Origin: an uncultured beta proteobacterium | GTDB lineage: Bacteria > Pseudomonadota > Gammaproteobacteria > Burkholderiales > Burkholderiaceae_D | Length of the DNA: 64,000 nucleotides | NCBI GenBank assembly: GCA_963837775.1 | Contig: CAWIOX010000007.1 | Span: 57,401-121,400, forward strand | Direction of reading: 5' to 3' | In this document: in pieces, positions 24,795 to 37,441 of the stretch | Position numbering within the stretch: the first letter of the stretch is position 1 | Layout of the letters: each line of letters opens with the position of its first letter | The notes under the pieces: generated by a model | What the model was told of the DNA's origin: nothing | The model's database searches: none | The model's input: the letters and a program-made list of their open reading frames with translations, nothing else | Program-made: the position numbers and the translations under genes

Positions 24795-26199
24795 ATGTTT
24801 GACGTTCTTGTAATTGGTGGTGGAAATGCCGCTCTGTGTGCTGCGCTGATGGCACGCGAGGCTGGCGCTACGGTGTTGTTGCTGGAAGCTGCGCCGCGTG
24901 CGTGGCGCGGCGGTAATTCGCAGCACACGCGCAATTTGCGCTGTATGCATGACGGGCCGCAAGACGTGCTTGTCGATGCCTATCCGGAAGAAGAATTCTG
25001 GCAAGACCTGCTGAAAGTGACCGGCGGCCTCACTGACGAGAAGCTGGCACGGCTCGTGATTCGCGCGTCGTCGACCTGCCGGCCCTGGATGCAAAAGCAA
25101 GGCGTGCGGTTCCAGCCGCCACTCTCAGGCGCGCTGCATGTCGCGCGCACCAATGCCTTCTTCATGGGCGGGGGCAAGGCGCTGGTCAACGCGTACTATC
25201 GCAGCGCCGAAAAACTGGGAGTGGAAATTCGCTACGACACGCCGGTGGAGGCCATCGAGCTGAAGGATGGTCGCTTCATTGCCGCATCGAGTGGCGCGCT
25301 GCGTTTCGAGGCGCGCGCCTGTGTGCTGGCTGCCGGCGGCTTTGAATCCAACCGCGAATGGTTGCGCGACGCGTGGGGCCAGAACGAGCGCGGCGAATGG
25401 CCGGCCGACAACTTTCTGATTCGCGGCACGCGGTTCAACCAGGGCGTGTTGCTGAAGTTCATGCTCGATGCCGGTGCCGATGCGATCGGCGACCCATCAC
25501 AATCACACTGCGTCGCGATTGATGCGCGAGCGCCGCTATACGACGGCGGTATTTGCACCCGCATCGACTGCGTCTCGCTCGGTGTCGTGCTAAACCGGGA
25601 TGCCCGGCGTTTCTACGACGAAGGGGAGGACTTCTGGCCGAAGCGCTATGCGATCTGGGGCCGGCTGGTCGCGCAGCAAGCCGGTCAGATCGGCTATTCG
25701 ATTATCGATGCCAAGGCGATTGGGCGTTTCATGCCTCCGGTTTTTCCGGGCACCACGGCCGACTCGCTGCCGGAACTCGCGCGCAAGCTGGGTCTGCCCG
25801 AAGCGTCTTTCGTTCGATACCATCAGCGATTACAACGCTGCCTGTCGAGTCGGCACGTTCGATCACACCAGCCTCGACGATTGCCATACAGAGGGCTTGT
25901 CGCCAGCCAAGACCCATTGGGCGCGGCCTATCGATACCGCCCCGTTTTACGGCTACGCACTCAAGCCCGGCATCACCTTCACTTATCTGGGGCTGAAAGT
26001 GAACGACGAGGCTGCGGTGCATTTCGGCGGCAAGCCGAGCGACAACCTGTTCGTGGCAGGCGAAATGATGGCCGGTAACGTATTGGGTCAGGGCTACACG
26101 GCCGGGGTCGGCATGTCGATCGGCACCGCCTTCGGGCGCATCGCCGGAACGCAGGCCGCCAAAGCAGCACAACGAGGAAAAAATCATGCACCAGCTTAA
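24795..26199 (+). pseudogene. tcuA: FAD-dependent tricarballylate dehydrogenase TcuA, one frameshift near 25810-25818
   Basis: FDVLVIGGGNAALCAA dinucleotide fold and NSQHTRNLRCMHD. ORFs 24789..26078 and 25600..26199 join at ...LPEASFV|DTISDYNAACRVG. A GGAGG RBS lies 7 nt before 24795. Confidence 0.8.
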
Positions 26200-27362
26200 T
26201 GCCTTAATTCGTGAAGCCAGTTCGCTAGGACAGGCGAGTCTACCGGTGGCCGCGACACTGACCGGCAGTGAAGCCGAAGTGGATCGGGTAGATGCAAATC
26301 TGCAACGCCTGTCGTTACTGCGAAGGTTTCTGCGCGGTCTTTCCGGCGATGACGCGCCGGCTTGAGTTCGCCAAGGCCGACATCAATTACCTGGCAAACC
26401 TGTGTCATAACTGTGGCGCCTGCTATCACGCCTGCCAGTACGCGCCGCCGCACGAATTTGCGGTCAACGTGCCGCAGGCGATGGCCAAAGTCCGTCTCGA
26501 AACGTATGCCGAGTACGCGTGGCCACCGGCGCTGGGCGCGCTCTACAAACGCAACGGCTTGACCGTGGCGCTCGCGATGGCCGCCGGTCTGGCACTGTTC
26601 CTGATTCTCGCGATCGTGCTCCGGGGCTCGCTCTTCCCCGGACCTCTGGCCGGCAACTTCTACGCGATCTTCCCGCACAACCTGATGGCGGCCATGTTCG
26701 GCACGGTGTTCGGATTTGCGGTGCTTGCGCTCGGCATCGGCGTGCGGCGGTTTTGGCGCGACATCTCGCCGGCTGACTTCTCCTCTGCGCCGGCGGTGGC
26801 CGAGGCGACCAGGAACGTGCTGACACTGACTTACCTCGACGGCGGGCATGGCGACGGCTGCAACGAATCGGACGACAGGTTCACCTTGGTGCGCCGCCGC
26901 TTCCATCACTTCACGTTCTACGGCTTCATGCTGTGCTTCGCCGCGACCTCGGTGGCGACGCTGTACCACTTCCTGCTGGATCTGCATGCCCCGTATGGGT
27001 TGACCAGCTTGCCGGTGATGCTCGGCATTCTCGGCGGGATTGGCCTGCTGATCGGGCCGGCCGGACTGCTGTGGCTGAATCTGCGTCGCGATCCAAACCC
27101 GGGCGACCCGCAGCAGCGACCGATGGACCGTGGCTTTATCGCCTTGCTGTTGCTGACCAGTTCGACCGGCTTGGCGCTGCTGGCATGGCGTGACAGCGCT
27201 GCGATGGCGTTGTTGCTGGCAGTGCACTTGGGCGTGGTGATGGCGCTGTTCGCGACACTGCCTTACGGCAAATTCGCACACGGCATTTTCCGCACTGCAG
27301 CATTGCTCAAGTCGGCCATCGAGAAGCGGCAGCCCAATCGCCTCAAACTCGGCGTTGAGTGA
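26186..27362 (+). pseudogene. tcuB: tricarballylate utilization 4Fe-4S/membrane protein TcuB; probable frameshift near 26280-26292 (intact ORF from 26292)
   Basis: [15 protein letters not shown] and [13 protein letters not shown] clusters followed by about 6 TM segments. A short in-phase N-terminal piece MHQLNALIREASS... starts at 26186, overlapping the tcuA end. Confidence 0.75.
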
Positions 27363-27663
27363 ATCCCGGCTTGCGCGTTGTCGTACTCGATCCCATCAAC
27401 CGGGCGGCTGCGCCGATAGCGGCAAGCTCGCCGTGTATCGCCAGTGCGTCTGACTCACGCCAGGGATGCCATTCGCTATAAAATTGCAATTTCACGGGCC
27501 GGCACCAGCACTTCTTGTCTGATCTCGTTCGGAAGTGGGCTCGCCGGCACTGTCAGTGCGTTTTACAGGGTTTTATATACTGGATTGAGTATTTTAAATA
27601 CCTTAATGAATACGTGCGGCTAATGGGGTGTTTGGCTATATACTCCCGTAAAATTCATTTATA

Positions 27664-28506
27664 GTGAGCTTTTCTCAACAAGGTTCAACCGGCATGTCGC
27701 CGTCCTTTTACTCCTGCATCGACTGGTCCCGGCCATGGTATGCGTCGATTCACGCTGCCGCCCAACACATCATCGATGCGCCGGACTGGCGCGCGGCGCT
27801 CAATGGGCAGGCCGCCGGACTTGCCCTGACTAATCAGAGCGGTTTGCCCTTGTCGTTCGTGCCGCAGGAAATGCTGCCTGAGGGCATCGCCTACGAGGCT
27901 TTCATCGGTGCTGCAGCCTGCGTGCCGACGCGCGAGAATCTGCATGATTTCTTCAATGCGCTGGTCTGGCTCAGTTTTCCGCGCATCAAGCGCCAGCTCA
28001 ATGCCTTGCAGGCGGCGCAGATCGCACTGGCCGGCGTGGGCAAGTCGCGCGGCCCGGCGCGCGATGCGGCCACCATCTTCGACGAGAATGCGGCGCTGAT
28101 CGTGGTGCGCGATACCGCGCCGGGCAGGGCGCTGCTGGACGCGTTGCGCAGCCATCGATGGCAGGAGGCGTTCATCGGCCAGCGGGCGGCATTCGGCGCG
28201 GACGCCGAAGTCTGGCTGTTCGGCCACGCGCTGATGGAAAAACTGGTGTCGCCTTACAAGGCGATCACCGCCCATACCCGCGCGGTGCTGGTCGATGATG
28301 CGTATTTCGAACTGGATCAGGCGGCGCGGCGCGACTGGATCGACCGCCAGGTCGCCCGCGAGCTGGCCGCCGAAGGCTTGAGCGCAGCCTGTTTCACGCC
28401 GCTGCCGGTGCTCGGCGTGCCGCACTGGTGGCCGGGGCAGGATCAGGCGTTTTATGGCGATGCCAGCGTATTCCGGCCGCCAAGAACGGCGAGAATTCCG
28501 GCTTGA
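27664..28506 (+). CDS. DUF3025-like conserved hypothetical protein
   Basis: 280-aa ORF. The motifs LHDFFNALVWLSFPRIKRQLN, IFDENAALIVV, LFGHALMEKL and GVPHWW are as I recall for DUF3025. The start could be the ATG at 27694. Confidence 0.6.
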   Translation: MSFSQQGSTGMSPSFYSCIDWSRPWYASIHAAAQHIIDAPDWRAALNGQAAGLALTNQSGLPLSFVPQEMLPEGIAYEAFIGAAACVPTRENLHDFFNALVWLSFPRIKRQLNALQAAQIALAGVGKSRGPARDAATIFDENAALIVVRDTAPGRALLDALRSHRWQEAFIGQRAAFGADAEVWLFGHALMEKLVSPYKAITAHTRAVLVDDAYFELDQAARRDWIDRQVARELAAEGLSAACFTPLPVLGVPHWWPGQDQAFYGDASVFRPPRTARIPA

Positions 28507-28613
28507 AATGCGCTATATTTATTAGCAGGACTTGCGCAAAATGCGCCGGAAGTTGTGGCCATGACTGACTTGCATGTTGTGCGGCATTGTTATCCACATT
28601 ATCTGAGGTGAGC

Positions 28614-29579
28614 ATGAAACGGGTGGTCGTGTATGCGTCGATCTTGCTGTCGCTGCTGAGCGCGCATGGGGTGCGTGCTGCCGACTTGAGAATCGACCCG
28701 CAGCAGAAAAAAAGCGGCAAGAGCAAGGCGGCCGAAAAGAGCAGCAGGCTGCTGATCCGGGTTGCAGACGGCGAATGGGGCGATGCCAGGCCGGAGGAAA
28801 TCGAAACCTTGCTGTATGCGGTGGCCGATAAACTGCTGGTGCATTTTCCGGAGCGGCAACTCAATCCTATCGTCGTCTCGCCCACCCGTCAGGGTCCGAT
28901 CGTGCTGTACCAGAAGGGGCCGGCCAATGAATACCAGGTCCATCTGGCGGCCAAAGGCAGGCGCTGGGCCGAGTTCGTCTACGAGTTTTCGCATGAACTG
29001 TTCCATATCCTGGCCAATTACGAGAATCACGCGCCGCCCAAAATGGCATCCCACCTGTGGTTCGAGGAAACCCTGTGCGAGACCGTTTCGCTGTATACGC
29101 TGCGGCAACTGTCGGCGAGCTGGGAGCTGTCGCCGCCGCGCGCGGAATGGGTTTCTTACGCGCCTGCGTTGAACGGGTTTACCGGGCGGGTGCTCAACGA
29201 GCCGCATCGGCAACTGCCGGCCGGCATGTCGCTGGCGCAATGGTTTCGTGAAAACGGGCCGCAGCTGCTGGAAAACCCATATCTGCGCGGCAAGAACGAG
29301 CTGATCGCCAATCTGTTCCTGCCCATCCTCGAGCATAACCAGGACTGGCAGGCGATCGGCTTCCTCAATCTCGACGCGCCGCAGCAGAGAATGGGGTTTT
29401 ATGACTACCTCGCCAACTGGCACAGCAGGACGCCGCCGGAGCACCAGGAATTCACCCGTCTGGCGATGCGGATGTTCCAGTTCGATGCCCCCGAGAGCGG
29501 TGAGCGCAAACTGCTCAAGGCAGGAGTGTCAGCGCCGCTAGCGGATCAACTCGGCGCCGCCGGTTCCAGTCGGGAATAG
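28614..29579 (+). CDS. secreted hypothetical protein with an HExxH zinc-metallopeptidase-like motif
   Basis: Signal peptide MKRVVVYASILLSLLSAHGVRAAD. HELFH with a Glu 20 residues after the second His (WFEETLCE), which is gluzincin-like spacing. Confidence 0.55.
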   Translation: MKRVVVYASILLSLLSAHGVRAADLRIDPQQKKSGKSKAAEKSSRLLIRVADGEWGDARPEEIETLLYAVADKLLVHFPERQLNPIVVSPTRQGPIVLYQKGPANEYQVHLAAKGRRWAEFVYEFSHELFHILANYENHAPPKMASHLWFEETLCETVSLYTLRQLSASWELSPPRAEWVSYAPALNGFTGRVLNEPHRQLPAGMSLAQWFRENGPQLLENPYLRGKNELIANLFLPILEHNQDWQAIGFLNLDAPQQRMGFYDYLANWHSRTPPEHQEFTRLAMRMFQFDAPESGERKLLKAGVSAPLADQLGAAGSSRE

Positions 29580-29945
29580 GCAGATTCCATCCTGCTATTG
29601 TTGCAAAATTTCATTGTTTTATGCCTATTCGGGATGTATTGCTGCGCCTGAAACCCCATCGTTCAATCCGATTAGAGCTTGAATTGCCCGCTTTTCGGCC
29701 TAAAATTTGAGTGAGATTCGTTTTTATGCGACAGCTGGAAATCGACGTGATTGAAAGGCTGGTGTGGATTCTTGAGGATTGATGTAAGTTTTTTACAAAG
29801 AGTTGCGCATGTCTCACAGATAGCTTGCACTGAGATCGAACGGTTTCATGATGGCAAGCTGGAAAGCGGCTCTTTCAAGCGATGGTGCGCAAGGCAAGGT
29901 GACGGAGCCGCTGAATCAGGTGTTGTTTACTGGTTGGAGGCTAAC

Positions 29946-30281
29946 ATGAAAACCAGACTATTGATGGCTGCAGTGATTGCCTTATCCGGGATCGCTACAG
30001 TGGGTACCACTTTTGCAGATAGTCCTTCGGGCGAACCTACCGCGATATCGACCAAAACCCGTGCCGAAGTGAAGGCTGAACTGGAGCAAGCCCGTAGCGA
30101 AGGCTTGTTGATGAATTCGGGTGAGCATGGGTTCAGAGACGAATGGAGCGGGTCGAAGACGGGTGCGATGGGTGTCGCAGGTTCGCGCTATTCCAGCCGC
30201 ACACGGGAAGAGGTCAGAGCTGAAGCGATTGATCATTTGAAAACCCATAAACTAGGTTTCGACGATATGTATGGCAGGTGA
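29946..30281 (+). CDS. small secreted DUF4148-like protein
   Basis: GGAGG RBS, signal peptide MKTRLLMAAVIALSGIATVGTTFA, and two TRAEVKAELEQAR / TREEVRAEAIDH repeats. Confidence 0.6.
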   Translation: MKTRLLMAAVIALSGIATVGTTFADSPSGEPTAISTKTRAEVKAELEQARSEGLLMNSGEHGFRDEWSGSKTGAMGVAGSRYSSRTREEVRAEAIDHLKTHKLGFDDMYGR

Positions 30282-30478
30282 AACGGGTGTTTTCAATGCA
30301 TGATGAGGAGTGGAGGCTGAACTAGCTGCAGGCTTGTATATTTTCTTTGTAGTAACAACTGAACTCCCGCGCGATGGCCGATTCCAGTCATGGCGCGGGA
30401 GTTTATACATGTATTTGTCATTTCGACCGTGGGGAGAGATCCTGGCCGTTCACGGCGCCGGGATTTCTGCCAAGTCCC

Positions 30479-33137
30479 TCAATCGCTAAGCGTGGACTGT
30501 TTTTCGATGACGAAAGCGGCAAAAGCGGCGGCCGGCAGCGGGCGGGAAAAATGGTAGCCTTGCGCCTGGTCGCAATCGAGCGCGCGCAGATGGGTCAGTA
30601 CCCGGGTATTTTCCACCCCTTCCGCGATGGTCTGGAGTTTCAGGCTGTGCGCCATCTGGATGATCGCGCGCACGATGGCTTCGTCGTCCGGATTGTTGTC
30701 GATGTCGCGCACGAACGACTGGTCGATCTTCAGTTTGTCGAGGTTGAAGCGTCGCAGGTAGGCCAGGCTTGAATAGCCGGTGCCGAAATCGTCGATCGAC
30801 AGTTTGATGCCGAGCGCCTTCAGGCGCCGGATCGTCACCAATACATTGTCGGTATCCTGGATCAGGATCGATTCGGTCAGTTCCAGTTCGAGCAGCGCGG
30901 GATCGAGCCCGCTTTCCTCCAGCGCCTGGCTGACGCTGCCGACCAGATCGCCACGCTTGAATTGAACAGCAGAAAGATTGACCGCAATCAGCAGTGGCGG
31001 CAAGCCGGCTTGCTGCCACTCTGCGGCCTGGCGGCACGCTTCGCGCAGCACCCAGTCGCCGATCTGGACGATCAGGCCGCTGTCTTCCGCGATCGGGATG
31101 AAACGCGCCGGCGGCACCAGGCCGAGGTCAGGGTGATTCCAGCGGATCAATGCTTCGGCGCCGATCAGCCGGTCGTCGCCGAGATTGATCTGCGCTTGGT
31201 AATACAGCGCGAACTCATCGCGCAGCAGTGCATTGCGCAAGCTGTTGCGCATCTGCAAAGTCTCCGCCGCATTGGCATTCATCTCGCTGGTATAGAAGCG
31301 GTAGGTATTGCGTCCGGCTTGCTTGGCATCGTACATCGCGGTATCGGCTTTTTTGAGCAGGGTATCGAATTCATTGCCATCATCCGGATAGACGGCGATG
31401 CCCATCGAAATGCTGGTGGAAAGCTCCTGGCCGTCGATTTCAAACGGATCTGCCAGCCGTTCCAGGATTTTTCCGGTGACCTGCGTGATGCATGTCGTAG
31501 TGTTGATGTCGGCCAGCAAAATCAGGAATTCGTCGCCGCCGTGGCGGCACACGGTGTCGGAGTCGCGCACGCTCATTTTCAGGCGGGCCGCGACGGCCTT
31601 GATCAGCTTGTCGCCGATCGGATGGCCCAGCGTATCGTTGACCGTCTTGAAGTTGTCGAGATCCATGAACAGCAGCGCCACCTTGGCGTTGCTGCGATGG
31701 GCATGGGCCATCGCTGTCTGCATCTGTTCCTTGAACAGGAAACGGTTCGGCAATGCAGTGAGCTGGTCGTGATAGGCCATGTACTGGATCTGGGTTTCTG
31801 CCGCCTTGCGTTCGGTGATGTCGGTAATCGAGCCGATATGGCCTGCCACGCTATCGGATACGTCCTTGACGAAGGATATCTGGCCCAGCACCCAGGTTTC
31901 CTTTTGGTCCGGACGCGCCAGCCGATATTCCAGCTTGAATAGCCGCCCCTCCTGGATCGCATTGGACCAGGCTTTCATCACCAGTTCCCTATCGTCAGGG
32001 TGGAGCGCATCGATCCAGCCATCGCCCAGCGCCTGCTGCTGCGACATGCCGGTGATTTCCAGCCATTTCTCGTTGACGTAGGCCAATGAACCGTCAGCCA
32101 TGACTTCAAACACGCCGACCGGCGATGAGGTTACCAGTGCTTTGAAATGCTGCTGGCTGGCACGCAGCGAATCCAGGGTGGATTGCAGTTCCGCTGTTTT
32201 GCCATTGACGCGGCGTCTGAGCGCGCTGTTCCATATCAGCATCAATACGGCGAGCGATGCCACGCCCAGCAACCAGTAGACGATGGCTTTCCCGTATTTG
32301 AAGTCGGGTTCGCGGTGCAGCGGCGAACCCAGCCATTTTTGTTCAATTTGGGCGTACTCTTCGGCGCTGATGCGCTCGAATCCTTGCGCGATGAACTGAT
32401 GCAGTGCCAGTTTTCCCTTGTGCGTCGCCCAGTGGAACTGGCCCGAGTAGAGCGAGGCGGAATATCTGAATTCGCTGGCGAGATTTCTCTTGTTCAGGAA
32501 ATACAAGCGCAGGAGGCTTGTCCATGCAAAAGACTTTGACTTCGTTTTTTTCTGCTGCGGCAATCAGTGCCTCGTAGCTCGGATACGGCTTGAGGCTATT
32601 GATGCCGTGCTCCATCAGCCATTCAACGGCGGCGTCGCCTTCCTTCACGCCGACCGTAAATCCGTGCAGATTCTGGACCGAGGCGATGCCGCCGATGCTC
32701 TTGTGAAAAAAAATCGGTACTTCAAGCGTCGCGCCGGGTTTCGAGAAGTCGTACAGCAGCGCGCGGGCTTCGGTATGGAACATCGTATCGATCACGTCGG
32801 CATCGCCGGCCTGCATGATGCGCTGGGCTTTGGCCCAGTCGGTGGCTTCCAGCCTGACCTTGACCCCGGTTTTGCTGGCCCATAAATCCCAGCTGTCTTT
32901 CAGAATTCCCTGCAGATTGCCTTCGTTGTTGCGAAATATGTAGGGCGGATAGTTGTCATCCATGACCACCGTAATCGACTGCGGTGCGCTGCCCGATGCC
33001 TGTGCCAGGCTTGGGCGCTGCGCCCGGACCGGCATCAGGCATAACAGCAACATGGCAAAAACAGCAAATACGCCCAGCCGGCCAGGTCGGGAAGAGCGGG
33101 GCAGTTGCTGGTTTGCAATGTGAAATAGTGATAACAA
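30479..33137 (-). pseudogene. periplasmic SBP-TM-PAS-GGDEF-EAL signalling protein, one frameshift near 32505
   Basis: ORF 32343..33137 (SBP_bac_3-like periplasmic domain) continues into ORF 30479..32563, which has a TM, PAS, RHGGDEFLILL, EALIRW and DDFGTGYSSL. The start codon is uncertain (TTG at 33137 or ATG at 33053). Confidence 0.8.
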
Positions 33138-33331
33138 AATGATATCGCTTTATCAGCAGCGATCCCGCCGGCGGATCGCTGGGTTGATGAGGTGTTTACT
33201 CGCATTGATTGTATTGTATTTTGGTAATATGTTTTTCTTGCTCCAGTAAATTTAGACAGTGGTGCCGGCAACACGAGCACCGTTGATTTCCTGAATATCA
33301 GGCGCTGCCGTTTCATCTACCAAAATTGCCC

Positions 33332-34210
33332 ATGTCCCCGACCCGACTGATCCTGTTGACCCTGTTCGCGATGCTGTCTTTTGCCGGCAATTCGGTGCTA
33401 TGCCGCCTTGCGCTGCGGCAGACCGCAATCGATGCCGCCAGCTTCACGACGATCCGTTTGCTGTCCGGGGCGCTGATGCTGGCCCTGCTGGTTCATTTTC
33501 GTCGTCCCGCTGCCACCGTGGCTGCCGGTGCGCCGGGCGGCAAGCGCGGCATCGGCGGCAACTGGCCATCGGCCTGTGCGCTGTTTGCCTATGCCGGCGG
33601 TTTTTCGTTTGCCTATCTGAGCTTGCCGACCGGCACCGGCGCCTTGCTGCTGTTCGGCGCGGTGCAGGCGACCATGATTTTGGCCGGATTGTGGTCCGGC
33701 GAGCGGTTCAGCGCGCGCCAGGCGGGCGGCTTGGCGCTGGCGCTGGCCGGGCTGGTCGCGATCATGCTGCCGGGTCTGTCGGCGCCGCCGCTGGGAGGTG
33801 CTTTGCTGATGTTGTCGGCCGGCATCGCCTGGGGCATCTATTCGCTGCGCGGGCGCGGCGTGGCCGATCCGGCCGGTGCGACGGCCGGCAACTTCTTGCG
33901 GGCCGCGCCCTTGTCGCTGCTGCTGAGCGCCGTGCTGCTGGCGCAACAGCAACTGGATCGCCTGGGTATGCTGTACGCAGTGCTGTCCGGCGCGCTTGCG
34001 TCGGGCATCGGCTATGCGGTCTGGTACGCGGCGCTGCGCGGACTGACGGCAACCCGTGCGGCATCGGTGCAATTGAGCGTGCCGGTCATCGCGGCGCTGG
34101 CGGGGGTGCTGTTCCTGCATGAGCCGATCAGCTTGCGCCTGCTGCTGGCCTCGGTGGCGATTCTGGGCGGGATTGCGCTGGTGGTGTTCGAGCGGCGGCC
34201 GGCCGCCTGA
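33332..34210 (+). CDS. EamA/DMT-family transporter
   Basis: About 10 TM segments and two EamA-like halves. Confidence 0.75.
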   Translation: MSPTRLILLTLFAMLSFAGNSVLCRLALRQTAIDAASFTTIRLLSGALMLALLVHFRRPAATVAAGAPGGKRGIGGNWPSACALFAYAGGFSFAYLSLPTGTGALLLFGAVQATMILAGLWSGERFSARQAGGLALALAGLVAIMLPGLSAPPLGGALLMLSAGIAWGIYSLRGRGVADPAGATAGNFLRAAPLSLLLSAVLLAQQQLDRLGMLYAVLSGALASGIGYAVWYAALRGLTATRAASVQLSVPVIAALAGVLFLHEPISLRLLLASVAILGGIALVVFERRPAA

Positions 34211-34250
34211 TGGCCCCGATATGCCGCTATCGGGGCCGGTCTGGTTCTGC

Positions 34251-35645
<1,395 letters not shown>

Positions 35646-37085
35646 TCAGCGTTCGCCGATGCGCATGATCTTCAAGGCGTTGGTGCCGCCGACCTGGCCC
35701 ATCGGATCGCCCCAGGTGACGACGATCAGGTCGCCGTTTTGCACGATGCCTTTGGCCAGCAGCATCTCTTCGGTCGCCTGCAACACCACTTCGCTGTCGT
35801 TCGATGGCACCACGCCCAGCGTGCGCACATTGCGGTACAGCGCGACCTTGCGCTGGGTGGCAACGCTGGAGGTGATCGCGAAAATCGGGATGTCGATGTT
35901 GTTGCGGCTCATCCACAGCGCGGTCGAGCCGGATTCGGTCAGTGCGGCAATCGCCTTCACGCGCAGGTGATGTGCGGTAAACAGCGCGCCATACGCGATC
36001 GATTGATCGATGCGGGTGAAGGTGACATTGAGGAAATCGGCATCGAGCTTGCAGACGTCCGATTTTTCCGCTTCCAGGCAAATCGCCGCCATCGCGGCGA
36101 CCGTTTCCAGCGGATATTTGCCGGATGCGGTTTCGGCCGAGGTCATCACCGCATCGGTGCCGTCCAGCACCGCATTCGCGACGTCGGACACTTCGGCCCG
36201 GGTCGGGATCGCATTGACGATCATCGACTCCATCATCTGGGTCGCGGTAATGGCCAGCTTGTTGGACGCGCGCGCCATCTTGATCATGCGCTTTTGCAGG
36301 CCGGGCACTGCCGCGTTGCCGACTTCGACCGCCAGATCGCCGCGCGCGACCATGATGCCGTCGGATGCGTCGATGATTTCCTGCAAGGCCGGGATCGCTT
36401 CGGCGCGTTCGATCTTGGCGATCATCAGCGGCTTGTGGTCATACGCTTCGCCGGCGATGTTCGCCAGCTGGCGCGCCATTTCCATGTCGGTCGCGTTTTT
36501 CGGGAACGAGATCGCGACATAATCGGCCTGGAAGCTCATCGCGGTCTTGATGTCTTCCATGTCCTTGGCGGTCAGCGCCGGCGCCGACAGCCCGCCGCCC
36601 TGGCGGTTGATGCCCTTGTTGTTCGACAGCACGCCGCCGATCTTGACCGTGGTGTGGATCGCGCTGCCGACCACCTTGTCGACCACCAGCACGATCAGGC
36701 CGTCGTTGAGCAACAGCACGTCGGCCGGCTTCAGGTCGCGCGGCAATTCCTTGTAGTCGAGGCCGACGCGTTCCTGGTTGCCCAGTTCGCAGGCGGCGTC
36801 GAGAATGAATTGATCGCCTTCGACCAGTTCGATCTGGCCGTTCTCGAACTTGCCGACCCGGATCTTCGGTCCTTGCAGGTCGGCCATGATCGCCACTTCG
36901 CGGCCGCAAGCGGCTGCCGCCTGACGCACCAGGCTGGCGCGGTCGATATGGTCCTGTGCCTTGCCGTGCGAGAAATTCAGGCGCACCACGTCCACCCCGG
37001 CCGCAATCATGCGGGTGAGCGTGTTCAGGTCGCTGGAGGCGGGGCCGATGGTGGAAACGATTTTGGTGGCGCGGGTCAGGGTCAT
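35646..37085 (-). CDS. pyk: pyruvate kinase
   Basis: Intact 479-aa ORF with TKIVSTIGPAS, MVARGDLAVE and the C-terminal regulatory domain. Confidence 0.93.
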   Translation of the reverse strand: MTLTRATKIVSTIGPASSDLNTLTRMIAAGVDVVRLNFSHGKAQDHIDRASLVRQAAAACGREVAIMADLQGPKIRVGKFENGQIELVEGDQFILDAACELGNQERVGLDYKELPRDLKPADVLLLNDGLIVLVVDKVVGSAIHTTVKIGGVLSNNKGINRQGGGLSAPALTAKDMEDIKTAMSFQADYVAISFPKNATDMEMARQLANIAGEAYDHKPLMIAKIERAEAIPALQEIIDASDGIMVARGDLAVEVGNAAVPGLQKRMIKMARASNKLAITATQMMESMIVNAIPTRAEVSDVANAVLDGTDAVMTSAETASGKYPLETVAAMAAICLEAEKSDVCKLDADFLNVTFTRIDQSIAYGALFTAHHLRVKAIAALTESGSTALWMSRNNIDIPIFAITSSVATQRKVALYRNVRTLGVVPSNDSEVVLQATEEMLLAKGIVQNGDLIVVTWGDPMGQVGGTNALKIMRIGER

Positions 37086-37295
37086 AGCGGGACTTCCTTA
37101 GGATGGGCCGCAAGCGACGCTCACGGATGTAGTAATATTTCAGTAAAAAATACAATTTAGCTGATCGCGATAGTACATCATGCTTCAAATGTAGTAAATA
37201 TACATATAATTATTATTTTGGCGCTTCGAGCGTTTCCGTAGCGCAGGCCTGTGCGGTGGCCGCCAAGGAGGGCGGATGCGACCCGGGATTGCCCG

Positions 37296-37320
37296 ATAGC
37301 GCGGCTTGCACCCGCCCTGC
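37296..37320. repeat. REP-like element, inverted orientation (GCGCGGCTTGCACCCGCCCTGC)
   Basis: Reverse complement of the 35566 copy with 2 mismatches. Confidence 0.65.
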
Positions 37321-37369
37321 AAGGTGGCAATTGCGATCCCGAAATGACACCGTCAAAGCGATCATTTCA

Positions 37370-37436
37370 GGGGGGTATGGTCATAAATAGTGGCATTCCC
37401 GCACGGGTTCATTGGGCCTTTAAAAATACACGGGGG
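37370..37436 (+). repeat. GGGGGTAT-family intergenic repeat, copy 2
   Basis: GGGGGGTATGGTCATAAATAGTGGCATTCCCGCACGGGTTC...TTTAAAAATACACGGGG. It is about 75% identical to copy 1 by eye. Confidence 0.7.
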
Positions 37437-37441
37437 AGTAA

